A stretch of DNA of 64,000 bases from Octopus sinensis (Eukaryota): contig NC_043011.1 in assembly GCF_006345805.1 (NCBI RefSeq), positions 11,718,001 to 11,782,000 on the forward strand, in the 5' to 3' direction. Numbering within the stretch: the stretch's first letter is position 1; every line of letters starts with the position of its first letter. A program made the position numbers and the translations under genes. Positions 11,421 through 26,230 of this stretch are shown one piece after another. Under the pieces are notes generated by a model. It was not told the DNA's origin. It did no database searches and saw nothing but the letters and a program-made list of their open reading frames with translations.

Positions 11421-12196
11421 TTTGTGTTCGTTACATTAGTGAACCTTTTATTTTTGTTATTGTTGTCGTCGCCGTTGCTGTTGTTGTTATTACTTCTGCT
11501 GCTGCTACTGCTGTTGCTGTTAGTGTGATGGTGGTGTTGTGGCCTCTTCCACAGTTGCCACTCTCACCACCACCCTCACCACCACCCTCACCACTTTTCC
11601 CCACACTCCGCCTTCAATTGGGGGATTATTTTTTCCGCGCTAAAATCTGTAGCATTATCAACGAAACCCTATCTCTGATACTACTGTCATTGCCACCGCT
11701 GCTGCTGCTGCTGCTGTTGCTGCTTCTCGCGTTGTTGTTGCTACCACTACTGCTATTGCTGCTGTCACTGCTACCACTGCTGTTGTCGATGTTGTCGCAG
11801 CTACTGCTGCGAGGTGGACTTTGTACTTCTTCTCCCTCCTTTTCTCCTCCTCCTCTCCTGTATTATTGCCAGTAACGGAAGAAAGGGAAGGAAAATCTTT
11901 AGCAGCCATTAGGCCAGCGGGAGGGGCGGTTTTTTCAAGATGCGCTCCGCCATCTTGCTGAATTGTATATGATTAAAAATGCCCACCGATCCTGTTTGGT
12001 AGGCCGAATATAGCACAGAAAACCACTGACAGATTCCTGGTATTTCTATTAACAACTTGGAACGAAATGTAAGACGAAAAAACGGCCCCGAACAGGTGTA
12101 AAAAATGTTTTAGACTGAACTTACGTGTTCGAAAACACGTCCGATGTACTTCGCAGCAAATATAATAATAATAACAACAACAACAACAACAACAAC

Positions 12197-12240
<44 letters not shown>

Positions 12241-12249
12241 TAATAATAA

Positions 12250-12812
12250 TAATAATAAATGCCCTGATGCAGTACCAGACAGTGGCTCTCAAGGCTTCTG
12301 ATCTTAACTGATTGGAAGTGTCATCATGTACATTGTTTTGTCTTTGTATAAGAGATGGGCTACAGCAAATATTCTGCTCAATACCACAGATTTGCTTGTG
12401 AGTTGTTTGACCTTAACAAGATGAGCATGTCCCTTGGTGGCTGACTATACGTGCATCTCTGATCACAAGCAGAAGTAGTGGGGGAACATCATAGCTATGT
12501 GTTGAGAGGGATTCTTTGGGATTTGGATAATTCACCTCTGGAAACATGGGTGGTTCGTTCAAAATCCTTAAACAATCCTTATTCAGGGACCTTTTGAGCG
12601 GGATGGGCTACTCGATCAGAAGAAAATTCTAACTGGGCTCCACCTGCAAGGTCATGTGCCATTTATCTTGATATGAGATCATCATGTCGCGCACATATGG
12701 TTGTGATGCATGTGTCTGGTGTATCCTTATCAGACGGGTAGTCATGATGGGTATACTAGGCTCCGTATATTTTACCCCAGTGTCACTTTGATGGCATGCA
12801 CTGCTCTCTCAC
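12250..12812 (+). mobile_element. Unclassified interspersed element of about 560 bp embedded in (AAT)n
   Basis: Complex sequence bounded on both sides by long (AAT)n tracts; no coding motif recognised. Confidence 0.5.
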
Positions 12813-12814
12813 TC

Positions 12815-13165
<351 letters not shown>

Positions 13166-13402
13166 AACACTAACAACCAGGTCCGAGAAATAAGTCAGAG
13201 AAATTGGAATAGACACGGAGGCAAAGCAGGACCCCAAAACTGCTCTGTTGGAGACAAGTAGGATTTTGAGATTGGTACTTGTGTGTTGAGTATCTTCCAC
13301 AATAGGTTAATCCAAGTACCAAAGCTTATAATTTTCGGAAAGAGATCCCGTGAGACCTCTGATAATAGGTTGTTCTCACAGAATCAACTCAATCAATAAA
13401 AA

Positions 13403-13474
<72 letters not shown>

Positions 13475-13516
13475 CACTACTACTACTACTACTACTAATA
13501 ATAATAATAATAATAT

Positions 13517-14248
<732 letters not shown>

Positions 14249-14601
14249 AAGTGGAGTTCAGATTAGTTAAGTGTGCTATTGCTGTATTCAAGAGGGCTAG
14301 GCCAAATTTAGACTTCGGCAATGTCACCCAAAAGCACGTTGACCTCAAAAGCACATGGGCGTTAATAGAAGAAATGTCAGATAACACTGTATAATGAGAG
14401 AGAATTCGAAAAGGAGAGTTTGAATGATAGCAGGAATGAAGTAACTGTGGAGATCACGTCTAGACATTATTGTCGCCCAATGTTAAGACGGTTAATTGAA
14501 GCAGTTACGAAACATGACCTAACTGTTAGTCCGACTGGGACCATGCTGAAAGAGTATAGGTAATCCTCTTAAGTTAGCAGTTGATATCATACATATATAT
14601 A

Positions 14602-14823
14602 TTTCTTTATTACCCACAAGGGGCTTAACACAGAGTCGACAAGCAAGGACCGACAAACGGATTAAGTCGATTATATCGACCCCAGTGCGTAACTGGTACA
14701 TAATTTATCGACCCTGAAAGGATGAAAGGCAAAGTCGACCTCGGCGGAATTTGAACTCAGAACGTAACGGCAGACGAAATACTGCTACGCATTCCGCCCG
14801 GCGTGCTAACGTTTCTGCCAGCT
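14602..14823 (-). mobile_element. SINE family C
   Basis: Homologous to other family C copies. Confidence 0.85.
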
Positions 14824-15058
14824 ACATATAAACCCACACGCACACTCACACACGCCAATATGATTACCATGGTTACCGACTTAATAATGATCTAATATTT
14901 ACTATAAGACATGTAGGCAGATATTTTAAACATATTTTAGAAATAAATAGAGTGGGGCCCACTAAAACATACTTTCAACAACAAAAAGAAAAGCATACAC
15001 GCACATAATTTGTATGTGAAATGTATGTGTGTGTAGTTTATAATTTCATACGACTTAC

Positions 15059-15068
15059 CTCTTAACAT
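15059..15068 (-). CDS. Start-codon exon of the CBM14-GH20 gene (M-L-R + phase 1)
   Basis: caacag|tattcgcaccaagcaataATGTTAAGAG|gtaagt (exon 15086-15059). Splicing to 7076 yields the signal peptide MLRAIWLAVLFICYINGQTSHA. Confidence 0.7.
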
Positions 15069-15404
15069 TATTGCTTGGTGCGAATACTGTTGAGTATCAA
15101 AATACAATCAAATGTGTGTGTATATTGAAGGAGTGAAAATTATTTAGGAATTCGTATTGTGTAATATATGGCGATGTGAGATGGGTGGAGAGGAGATGTG
15201 TGTAAGAACTAATCAAAATAGAGTCATATGACTTCTGTTATCATGGAGCCACTTAAGATTTTGCTGTTTCATGCATTTTTGCTCATGCATTAATGTCATT
15301 CTCTTTCTCCCTGTAAATATGTATCTGTAAAGCACAGTATGCAATAAATATGTGTTGTTATATATGTGCATATCTTGAATAAATGAGCAGATGCATAAAT
15401 GCTT

Positions 15405-15435
<31 letters not shown>

Positions 15436-15531
15436 TAGACGCACGCACACACAACACACACAAATATATGTATAAATGTAGGTATATAATTTGGTATATG
15501 TGTATGTTTGTCTATCTACCTATCTGTCTGC

Positions 15532-15605
<74 letters not shown>

Positions 15606-15610
15606 ATATA

Positions 15611-15719
<109 letters not shown>

Positions 15720-15745
15720 GATCTATCTATCTATATATATATATA

Positions 15746-16345
15746 CATGTTGTTTTCCCACACTCTCCTGGAGAGCTTAGCCATGGCAGCAGCAGCCTTC
15801 CCAATCCATCTGTTCAGCTCCGGCTCGAGGGACAGGCTGCTGGAGACCGTCGATCCCAGATAAGTGAACTCGTTCACCACCCGCAAGCTGTGGTCACCGA
15901 CACTGATGCTGGGGACCCCTCCGACGTCCTGGCCCATGATCTCTGTCTTTTTCAGGCCGATGGTAAGGCCGAACTCTTGGCAGGCATCCGCCAGGGAGCT
16001 GACCAGCCTCTGGAGACCCGGCTGGTTGTATGATGTTAGGGCGGCATCGTCAGCAAAGAGGATCTCTCTGATCAGCACCTGACGGACTTTGGTCTTAGCT
16101 CTGAGGCGCGCAAGATTGAACAATCCACCATCAGCCCTGGTGTGGAGGAACACTCCGTTGTCGGACGTTCTGAAGGCATAGGACAGGACAAGAGAGAAGA
16201 AAATTCCGAAGAGCGTCGGCGTCAGAACGCAACCCTGTTTCACTCCACTCTGGATGGGGAACGACTCCGAGGGCGATCCGTCAAACTGCACTGTTCCCTG
16301 CATACCGTCGTGAAAGGAGGTGATGAGTTTCAGCAGTCTGGGATA
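15746..16345 (-). mobile_element. RTE-clade LINE RT fragment, copy 1
   Basis: SGVKQGCVLTPTLF, FNLARLRAKTKV and ILFADDAAL motifs; visibly GC-rich relative to flanks. Confidence 0.92.
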
Positions 16346-16348
16346 TCT

Positions 16349-16422
<74 letters not shown>

Positions 16423-16448
16423 GATCTATCTATCTATATATATATATA

Positions 16449-17045
16449 CATGTTGTTTTCCCACACTCTCCTGGAGAGCTTAGCCATGGCAGCAGCAGCC
16501 TTCCCAATCCATCTGTTCAGCTCCGGCTCGAGGGACAGGCTGCTGGAGACCGTCGATCCCAGATAAGTGAACTCGTTCACCACCCGCAAGCTGTGGTCAC
16601 CGACACTGATGCTGGGGACCCCTCCGACGTCCTGGCCCATGATCTCTGTCTTTTTCAGGCCGATGGTAAGGCCGAACTCTTGGCAGGCATCCGCCAGGGA
16701 GCTGACAGCCTCTGGAGACCCGGCTGGTTGTATGATGTTAGGGCGGCATCGTCAGCAAAGAGGATCTCTCTGATCAGCACCTGACGGACTTTGGTCTTAG
16801 CTCTGAGGCGCGCAAGATTGAACAATCCACCATCAGCCCTGGTGTGGAGGAACACTCCGTTGTCGGACGTTCTGAAGGCATAGGACAGGACAAGAGAGAA
16901 GAAAATTCCGAAGAGCGTCGGCGTCAGAACGCAACCCTGTTTCACTCCACTCTGGATGGGGAACGACTCCGAGGGCGATCCGTCAAACTGCACTGTTCCC
17001 TGCATACCGTCGTGAAAGGAGGTGATGAGTTTCAGCAGTCTGGGA

Positions 17046-17046
<1 letters not shown>
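16449..17046 (-). mobile_element. RTE-clade LINE RT fragment, copy 2 (tandem duplicate)
   Basis: Near-identical to copy 1, with a 1-nt deletion near 16706. Confidence 0.92.
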
Positions 17047-17130
<84 letters not shown>

Positions 17131-17167
17131 CTCTCTCTACCTATCTCTCTTTCTCTCTTTCTCTCTC

Positions 17168-17239
<72 letters not shown>

Positions 17240-17243
<4 letters not shown>

Positions 17244-18420
17244 TGCGTGTCCAGAAATGTATAAACACTTTAACACCTGATAAGTATTTAACAGCTGAAA
17301 TTTTCATTTCTTTTTAGAAACGATGACGGAAGCCAGATTGCTTTGAAGAAAGGATATTTGTCCTAAAGTGGAACTCAAAGTTTGAAAACGCAATCTAAGT
17401 GCAAAGACAGTTGAATAAGGAGCTTTAAATAGATCCACGTTCAAATTAGAAATAAGTTTGAAGCATACGAAACTGTTCAGAATATCCACAAGTGATATTC
17501 CAGAAGATCGAGGACCATGAAAAGAAAGGAAAAATTGGATAGGAAATTAGACAAGAATGAGATGAGAGTTTTAAAATCAGGAGCCCATCGCATTGTGAAG
17601 TGCTGTTTTTGAAAAATTACATTCCAAGAATAGTTCATGCTCTTAAAGATGATCTGAACCGAAATGTGGAGTTATGCGAGTTGTACTTGCCAAAGTAGTG
17701 GAGGCACAATGGCCCAGTGGTTAGGGCAGCGGACTCGCGGTCGTAGGATCGCGGTTTCGATTCCCAGACCGGGCGTTGTGAGTGTTTATTGAGCGCAAAC
17801 ACCTAAAGCTCCACGAGGCTCCGGCAGGGGATGGTGGTGATCCCTGCTGTACTCTTTCACCACAACTTTCTCTCACTCTTACTTCCTGTTTCTGTTGTAC
17901 CTGTATTTCAAAGGGCCGGCCTTGTCACTCTCTGTGTCACGCTGAATATCCCCGTGAACTACGTTAAGGGTACACGTGTCTGTGGGGTGCTCAGTCACTT
18001 ACACGTTAATTTCACGAGCAGGCTGTTCCGTTGATTCGGATCAACCGGAACCCTCGTCGTCGTAACCGACGGAGTGCTTCCACTTGCCAAAGTGTGTAGA
18101 AGATGAACAGTTTCCAGCAAATATTGTTTGGCGTAATGATTCCACTTTTAAGTTAAATGCTTCTATTAAGCATCAAAAAACAACCTATTGGACCTGAAAA
18201 CTCACATTTTTACGAAGAAAAATTTACCAGTACTATGTTGCGGTACTGTAACTATACTTAAATTACTCCTACACTCTCTCATGCCAAGCATTCAAGGGGA
18301 CGTTGAGGACGAGGAGTTTCATTACTCCATGAAATTGGGAAACCCCTATACTACCATAGTAATGTAAATGCCTACCTTGAGGAAATTTTGCCAAATAGAT
18401 GGAGTCTAATGGGTTCCCAT
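17240..18420 (+). mobile_element. Degenerate Tc1/mariner-superfamily element with DUF4817-like HTH, interrupted by a SINE
   Basis: FEERIFVLKW..KFENA..VQRQ N-terminus and ..W.NDSTFKLN..YW..ENSH-like catalytic segment resuming after the SINE. Confidence 0.6.
17697..18081 (+). mobile_element. SINE family B (tail type 2) with 12-bp TSD
   Basis: tRNA-like head; TSD acttgccaaagt at 17685-17696 and 18082-18093. Confidence 0.9.
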
Positions 18421-20269
18421 TATTCTGATGCTTTGTAAACTATGTTTTTCCGTGTGTGTGTTTTTGTTTTTGTGTAGTTGTATCAGTTTGTGTCTGTGTG
18501 TTGCGTGTTGCTTGATATGTGGTTGTTTAAAAATTGTCTGTTATGCTTTAAGTTTTGTACACCTGTAGCTAACTTTTGTATTGTTTCTGTTGAACAGCTA
18601 GTGATATTTTGTTTTGTTGGTTTACTAATTAGTGCTAGGTATTATATTTGTCGCAATGTTTAAGCTAAAGAATGGATTGAATCTGATACTGCATTTTTTC
18701 TGTTTGTTCTGTTTATTGTTTGTTTGTAGTGTCACAAATATGTTACATCTGGATCTTTCTGAGAAATTTGATTTATTGAGAAATGCGATGATATTTTAAG
18801 AGGAACAAATATCAAATTTATAGATATCTATATCTATAAATACCTGCAGTATATGTTCATAGTAATTTTATACATATTTAATTTACTTTCATTTAGAATT
18901 TTAAATACATATCTCAGCTGAGATGATTTTAATATTGCTAGAGCTGACGGGAAGTTAGCATATTTATGTCTTGATAAATATTACTAGAATATAATTGTTA
19001 TCAGTAATCAATCTATGCTATGCATAGATTTCCACCTTCTATATTTCTAATTGCTTGCTCATCAATAGCAATCTTCGCAAGCATTGCTTATTAATAGCAA
19101 TTATTACAATCATTGCTCCCCTAGCAAGATCGCTAGAGAGTATAGAGTATAAATGTTCAAATATAGAAAAATGTCAAGTTTGTCTCAATTCAGAACGCCA
19201 TTTTTCTCTTTTTTTTGAATGAATATTTACTATATTTAACAAAAATTAATAGATCTGTGACAAGTGCCGTATAGCTAAGCCGCTTACATTTCCGGGTAGG
19301 ATTCCTAGTTCTGTTCCTATTGCATCGCAGCCAATGTCTCTGGAGAAATCGTAAACATCGCAACATATACTCTCCTCTGTATAGCAAGCGGAGATCTCAA
19401 TATGGTCCTGATTCACAAATGAAAACCTTCTCCATACACCATTAATGACCTTGGAAAAGGCATTCATGTCTCTAAAATTCGGGTGTATTGTTTCTCGTCA
19501 AAATAAACACTGAAGTGGTAGACACGATGTTTGTTCTTAGCTTTTGTTTTTTGCTTTTAACATAGTTATTATTATTTCGATGATAAATTATAGAGATAAA
19601 ATTGGTATAGATTTTATCGAAAGAAATTACAAAGGTTGAACATGCTGACATACTTGCTGAGAATAATGGCCTTTGTATGCAAGTTTGTAAGTTCAGTATC
19701 TAATCACATTATCGAGGTGTTTTAGGATAAAAATAACGACATTGTTTACTCGACACCAACTGCACAATGCTCATCAAAGAACATTTTTGATTAAGATATA
19801 AGTATAATATTATTGGGTCGTTGGATACCAAAAATTTTATCTTCAATTAAATTTAGTGTTTGAAAGAAAAATAGAGGTTGGAGTTTATTTCTCGCTTCAC
19901 ACTATCCACAGAATCATCTCTCAAAACTAACACAATCCACACAAACGCAGTACAATTATGAAACCAAAAGGGTTTCTTTAATGCGGAAACCCTTTTAGAT
20001 GTACAACTCCAACCGACTGAACTGTACTTTACGTAGCATTCATTTTCAGTTGAGTTGAACTTGTTACTAATTCCAAATCCTAACCGTACCTCCAAACCAA
20101 ATCTAAACTCAAGCCCAGACTGACCATATCATCAAGTCTAGCTCTAACCCTAGCTCCCAAACCCTAAGCATCCCCATTGAACTTCTGGACAGCAGTTTGG
20201 AATTTTGAAGATGCAATTATGCCAGATTATGTCATCATCATCATCATCATCATCACCACCACCACCACC

Positions 20270-20302
<33 letters not shown>

Positions 20303-20327
20303 GTCATCGTCGTCGTCGTCGTCGTCG

Positions 20328-20363
<36 letters not shown>

Positions 20364-21419
20364 CCACCATCATCATCATCATTTTGAACAAACAGGATTT
20401 TTCGACTCTTCGTTACCATTTTTCAAAAAAAAAAACAATAATAATATTAGTTAAGCTTGTGACATCATTCAAACGTAAATAATTCTTAAGTTAGTTCGTT
20501 TTTGTCAAAATTGTTTTATGCTTGAACAGAAACTCAGTCCATGACCTAAGATAGAGACATCATCTGGTAAGAGTTATATATAGAACATATACATTTATGA
20601 TAGACTTATTTTCTAACGTGATAGATTTTCTTGGACAAGTGTTTCCGCAGTATTACTTCCAAGGTATTTCAGGCAATCTTTTGATTTTTGTTGAAATTCT
20701 TTACTTAGAACATGAAACCTATTCAATGACAAAATTTGCAGTGAACTTTTATTCGAGAAGTCATTGAAATAGGTTCACATTTTGGATGGGTCGAATAAAA
20801 GCTTTTCTGGAGAGTTTCCAATGATTAATTCACATGTGTATGCTAGAGAAAAAGGACCAGAATCCTACGAGCCAATCTAGGGATTAGGCATTTGAACTTC
20901 CATTAGCTGATTTCACAACCATGGACCTACCCCTATGGATATATGACAGTTACTCTCTTGATCCTGACCGTTGATCTTCTAAGATTCCTCTGCTCAGCAT
21001 CAATGTAAGAAGCACTATTGTCTCAGTTGAGCTCTTCCACTACAGCTTCACAATCCACCATATCCCTGGCAGGGTGGCTGAACGGTTGCCCTTTGGCAAG
21101 TATAGCAACCGCTCAGCCACCCTGTGCAAATATGGTGTTGTTATCTGTTGTGTGCTTAGCTCTTGTAATACGGGTAAATTTAAGCTATCATAAAATATAC
21201 ATCTGAAAAAACTGGTAGATAAAATACAATGATTGATTTTGGTATGATGGATAAACAATATGTTGCATAGGTAGTGTATGAGAAATTCGGTAGATTGTAT
21301 TTGAATATCAGAAAAATTCTTTGTTACTATTTTCAAATCGGCGTCAAACAAGTCGGGAATACACTGAGAACAATACATTTCGCATAATGGACGCTGTTAT
21401 TCAACACAGTAGGTTAAAG

Positions 21420-21660
21420 TTAGTATCGCTTGGTGAGTTTTTAACAAGAATTTGAGTAACCAAATTGCAAGGATTGTAAGCCAGACATCATTCTCAAATA
21501 ATTTTCAGCTTTTTTGATCATTCCAAGTATTGTACCCGCCTTGAGATGCCACATTTTTTCGATCTCAGCGAGCAAATCTTTATATTTTCTGAGCATATCA
21601 AATTCTTTTATCACAATAGTACAATCATAAGGGATATTCATACGACAATATCCGGATTAT
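21420..21660 (-). mobile_element. R4/Dong-like LINE 3' end (RLE domain remnant)
   Basis: IPYD...KEFDMLRKYKDLLAEIEKMWHLK...LGMIKK. Confidence 0.7.
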
Positions 21661-21910
21661 TAGCTCTGATGGTTGTGTGTGTACTTTGGATCTGCTTCAT
21701 TTTTCATCACATTTGGTTAGTAGTTATTGTTATTATTTTAGTTGCTTATAAATATTTCATTCACAAATTCAGTCCACATTTTTTTTTAAGGAACTGCTAC
21801 TCTATCCCTTGAATTGCTATACATAGCAGTCAGATATCCATCGCATCATACCCGACCATATTGAAAGGAACAGATGGGATAATGAGGTGTGAAATACATT
21901 ATTCTTGGAT

Positions 21911-22206
21911 CCTTCTCGAGCCATGCCTGGCTCATAAGGGCCAGTTTCCCGGTTTCCTTGGCGTATAGGTTCCCCACCTGGACGAGACGCCGTTCCGTCG
22001 CAGGTAAGCTGCAAGATGCAGGAGGAAAGAGTGAGAGAAAGTTGTGGCGAAAGAGTCAGCAGAAGTTTCACCATTACCTTCTGCCGGAGCCGCGTGGAGC
22101 TTAGGTGTTTCGCTCATAAACACACAAATCGCCCGGTCTGAGATTCTAACCCGCGATCCCTCGACCGCGAGTCCGCTGCTCTAACCACTAGACCATGTGC
22201 CTCCAC
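21911..22206 (-). mobile_element. SINE family B (tail type 1) with 13-bp TSD
   Basis: TSD attattcttggat at 21898-21910 and 22207-22219. Confidence 0.9.
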
Positions 22207-22370
22207 ATTATTCTTGGATGGCTATGGTTAGAATACCATTCACCATAGTTCAGTTCGATCAGGACCGAACTTAGGGTTGAACAACAACAATAACAATGGT
22301 CTTCACTCGCTACTTACTTTCTCTCCCAGACGCGCACATGTCTGAGTATACGCGTGTGTGGGTACGTGTG

Positions 22371-23640
22371 TACGAGGTGTATCAAAAGTTCCCGGACTTG
22401 GCTGTGTGGTAAGTAGCTTGTTTATCAACCACATGGTTCCGGGTTCAATCTGAGCAAGTGTCTTCTACTATAGTCTCGGACCAACCAAAGCCTTGTAAGT
22501 GGATTTGGTAGACGGAAGCTGAAAGAAGCGCGTCATATATATATATGTATGTGTGTGTGTGTGTGTGTTTGTGTGTGTGTTAGTGTGTGTGTATATGTTT
22601 GTGTGTCTGTGTTTGTCCTCCCCACCAACATCGCTTGACAACCGACGCTGGTGCGTTTGCGTCCCCTAACTTAGCGGTTCGGCAAATGGGAACGATAGAA
22701 TAAGTACTAGGCTTACAAAGAATAAGTCCTGGTCTCGATTTGCTCGATTAAAGGCAGTGCTCCAGCATGGCCGCAGTCAAATAACTGAAAGAAATAAAAG
22801 AATAAGTTTTAACATCACCACCTTCAAAATAGTCACTTTGCACAGCAATACACCGATTCCACCGTTCCTGCCATTTTTGGAATCCGGCCTGGGAGTCGTG
22901 TTCTGTAAGCGAGTCGAGGACCTTCTGTGATTCACTCTGGATCTCGACAATGGTGTTAAAACGGCAACCTCTGAGCTATATTTTCGTCTTGCGGAAGTGA
23001 TAAAAGTCCGCAGGTGTTAAATCTGGCGAATAGGGCGGCTGTGGAAGCGAAACCGTGTTGCTTTTGGCGAGAACCGAGTGAGAGCTCCGTGGCAGAGTGC
23101 ATTGTCATCGTGAAGAATCCAATTTTTCGCGCTCTACAGATCCGGTGGCTTTCGTCGAATTCCTCTCTCAAACGCTTCAAAACGTCGCAGTAGAACTCTT
23201 GATTGACGGTCTGGCCCATGGGGACAAATTCTCGTTGCACAATACCACATTTCCGGAGGTGATACATGCGGAGGTTCTTCCAGATCGTTCATTGTCTTCC
23301 AGGGGCGTTCTCCCGCTTTTGAAGCGCCTGTGCCACTCGAAATATGCGTACAACGTATTGCCTCGTCGCTGTGAGCTTGCCGAAGCATGCTCAATGTCTC
23401 TGTAGAAGACTTCCCACGTTTAACGCAAGACTTCACGTTGGTTCTTTGTTCCCGTCCAAGACAAAATCGCAGACTACAGAATACATGTGATCACAAAAAC
23501 AAATTTCACAACATGCAAAGTAAATACAGCAATGACAGTTGACACTCTTACTCATGAAGGTTACTGCCAGCTCTCACCGCGCACACAGCCGTGTCCTGCC
23601 ATATGTTGGCACGCTACAGAACTAGCCATACGTGTGTATG
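22371..23640 (-). mobile_element. Degenerate mariner transposon with nested SINE
   Basis: TA+CGAGGTGTATCAAAAGTTCCCGGACT terminus; CVKRGKSSTETLSMLRQA HTH; EFVPMGQTVNQEFYCDVLKRLRE; interrupted at 22399-22806. Confidence 0.85.
22399..22806 (+). mobile_element. SINE family A
   Basis: Head, internal (TA)/(TG)n and tail; inserted just inside the mariner TIR. Confidence 0.88.
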
Positions 23641-24804
23641 TTTGCAGTGCAGACAATACTAAGCTTTCTTTCTACATATCAAACAAGACTAACTACATTG
23701 ATTTTGTGCTGCTGCTAACTAGCACTTTGGTCTCTGCTATATTGGTTTCTAAATCAGTGCAGTAGAAATATTAAACACAGACCAGATATTATGTTGCTGC
23801 CATAATTGGGGCTCTTCCTGTAACTTTGACAGATTTTGTAACGAGAACCAAATAATCAGATATAAAAGTTCCCAGAGAAAACAGTCTTCAACTGCCAGGA
23901 AAAAGTTAAGTCTAAGCATCCTGCATTTTCTCCAAATTCTCACAGAAGTTTTTTCAGTGAAACTGAAACTACAAATTTCATATTTATTAGTTTGTAACAT
24001 TGTAATTATCTACCAGTAAAATTACTAATTATATTTGCTCAATCATTAATTTCAATTTTGTACACGTGAGCTAACGCTTTAAAATGTCGATTATATTTGC
24101 AAGTGTTTACAGTGTGCATGTGTGTTTATAATAAATTAGATTCATATATCGTTTGAATATTTCGAATCTTCTATTTTTTTATGATGCTGCTGCTGATGAT
24201 GATGAGGAGGAGGATGAGGATGAGGAGGGTGATGATGATGATGAAAAGGAGTTGGTGCAGGGTAGAACATTGAAAGAGACGAATTCAGCAGTAGCATCTT
24301 GTTTATGCTTTTATGTTTATAACATGTGGCGGATTGTTTTACCTTCTTTTAATCGTTGTTTATTTGTTTTCTACTTGGGCGACGTTAACACCCAATAAAA
24401 TGCGGGTCAAATGGGCTTTTCTCACTGTTGGCTCCTACTTATTTTATACAGAGCACGAGTCGAAACACGTTTGCCTGTGAATTTTCAACATCCCAATTAC
24501 ATCTATTTTGTAGATGAGAAATAGCTTGTGTGAAAGGTATTAAGTATTTCTATACAAATATGGGAAATATGTTTCTAAATCATATGAGTTTTAAATAAAA
24601 TGCTGATGTATTGTGGAAACATCCATCCATCCATACGAGTATCCATCCATCCGTCTGTCTGTATGTCTTATACTTGCACGACTGATTCTAGTATTCTGTC
24701 ACTTTTTTGTGCGTATGTATGTATGCATTTGTTTGTAAATATATCTAAATATAGGTACACTCACACACATATATGTGTGAGAGCATATGTATATATATAT
24801 ATAA

Positions 24805-24834
<30 letters not shown>

Positions 24835-24862
<28 letters not shown>

Positions 24863-25075
24863 ATGTGTCTGTGTTTGTCTCCCCAACATCGCTTGACAAC
24901 CGATGCTGGTGTGTTTACGTCCCCGTCACTTAGCGGTTCGGCAAAAGAGACCGATAAAATAAGTACTAGGCTTCCTAAGAATAAGTCCTGGGGTCGATTT
25001 GCTCGACTAAAGGCGGTGCTCTAGTATGGCCACAGTCAAATGACTGAAACAAGTAAAAGAGAAAAGAGTAAAGAG
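24835..25075 (+). mobile_element. SINE family A, 3' half
   Basis: Homology to other copies. Confidence 0.85.
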
Positions 25076-25424
25076 TATATATATATATATATTATATATA
25101 AATGCATATGCATTTGCACAATCCCCCTCGCTTGCCAAGTTTTCAAAAGTTATGTCCAAATAGTATGAATAATCAAAGTTGAAGGCAGTGTCCAGTGTCC
25201 CGTTATAGCCTTAGTTGAAGCACTGGAATCAGTAAAAGACTAAAAGAATAATTCATCAAAATAGGATGGGATGTCTTGTTACGAGGCAGCAGTAATAATA
25301 GTTTATCTCGAGTAAAATTTCAAGAGACTATCGAGTAATATTAGTCCATGCAAAACAAGCATCTCGGTTGCTGATGCAATGTTTAAAAGTAAAGCGTTAT
25401 GGTAAAATGATAAATACCTTAGTG

Positions 25425-25550
25425 GATGGGATGGAAGCACTCCGTCGGTTACGACGATGAGGGTTCCGGTTGATCCGATCAACGGAACAGCCTGCTCGTG
25501 AAATTAACGTGTAAATGGCTGAGCACTCCACAGACACGTGTACCCTTAAC
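25425..25550 (-). mobile_element. 3' tail of SINE family B (tail type 2)
   Basis: Reverse complement of about 17960-18081. Confidence 0.8.
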
Positions 25551-25999
25551 GAGAAAATTTTCCCAATCATATTCTGAACGGCCCGGACCATACTGCTTTT
25601 GCACCAATGAAAAAAATGTCCTCTTTAACATCTTTTCTAATTTTGTTAAATTCAAGGAATGAGTTTACCCCCAAAATGTCGTCGCCATGATCTTTTTTAC
25701 AAGTTGAATGCTTTATAACTTTTTACGTGGAATTTGGTTGAAACGATTCTATCGTTTTGATTTTCTTCGATTTTTTAAACCTCAATGCTGTGGGTTTTAT
25801 TTTAACCCTCATTCGAAGTTGATGCCAAAGGCTTTAGTAGCTGAATGTTTCCTAAAGTACTTCATATAAGGCACTGACATTAATTTTGAATACCAATATT
25901 GAAGATGAAGGTAGAAAAAAAAACTTTAGAGGAATTTTTACTCCCCCGCCCCGAAATAGAGGGATTGTAGTAACAAATTTTGAATACTACTTATACCTA

Positions 26000-26230
26000 T
26001 TTCTTTACTACACACAAGGGGCTAAACACAGAGAGGACAAACAAGGACAGACAACGGATTAAGTCGATTACATCGACCCCAGTGCATAACTGGTACTTAA
26101 TTTATCGACCCCGAAAGGATGAAAGGCAAAGTCGACCTCGGCGGAATTTGAACTCAGAACGTAACGGCAGACGAAATACGGCTACGCATTTTGCTCGGCT
26201 TGCTAACGTTTCTGCCAGCTCGCCGCCTTT
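26000..26230 (-). mobile_element. SINE family C
   Basis: Homology to other copies. Confidence 0.88.

Noticed and set aside
11450-11909. Ala/Thr/Val-rich ORFs
   Set aside because: Mixed GCT/GTT/CCA simple repeats with no domain or clear splice context.
19246-19467. Cys-containing 73-aa ORF with a gtaagc donor
   Set aside because: No recognisable family and no way to link it to a gene; it could be a UTR exon but is unsupported.
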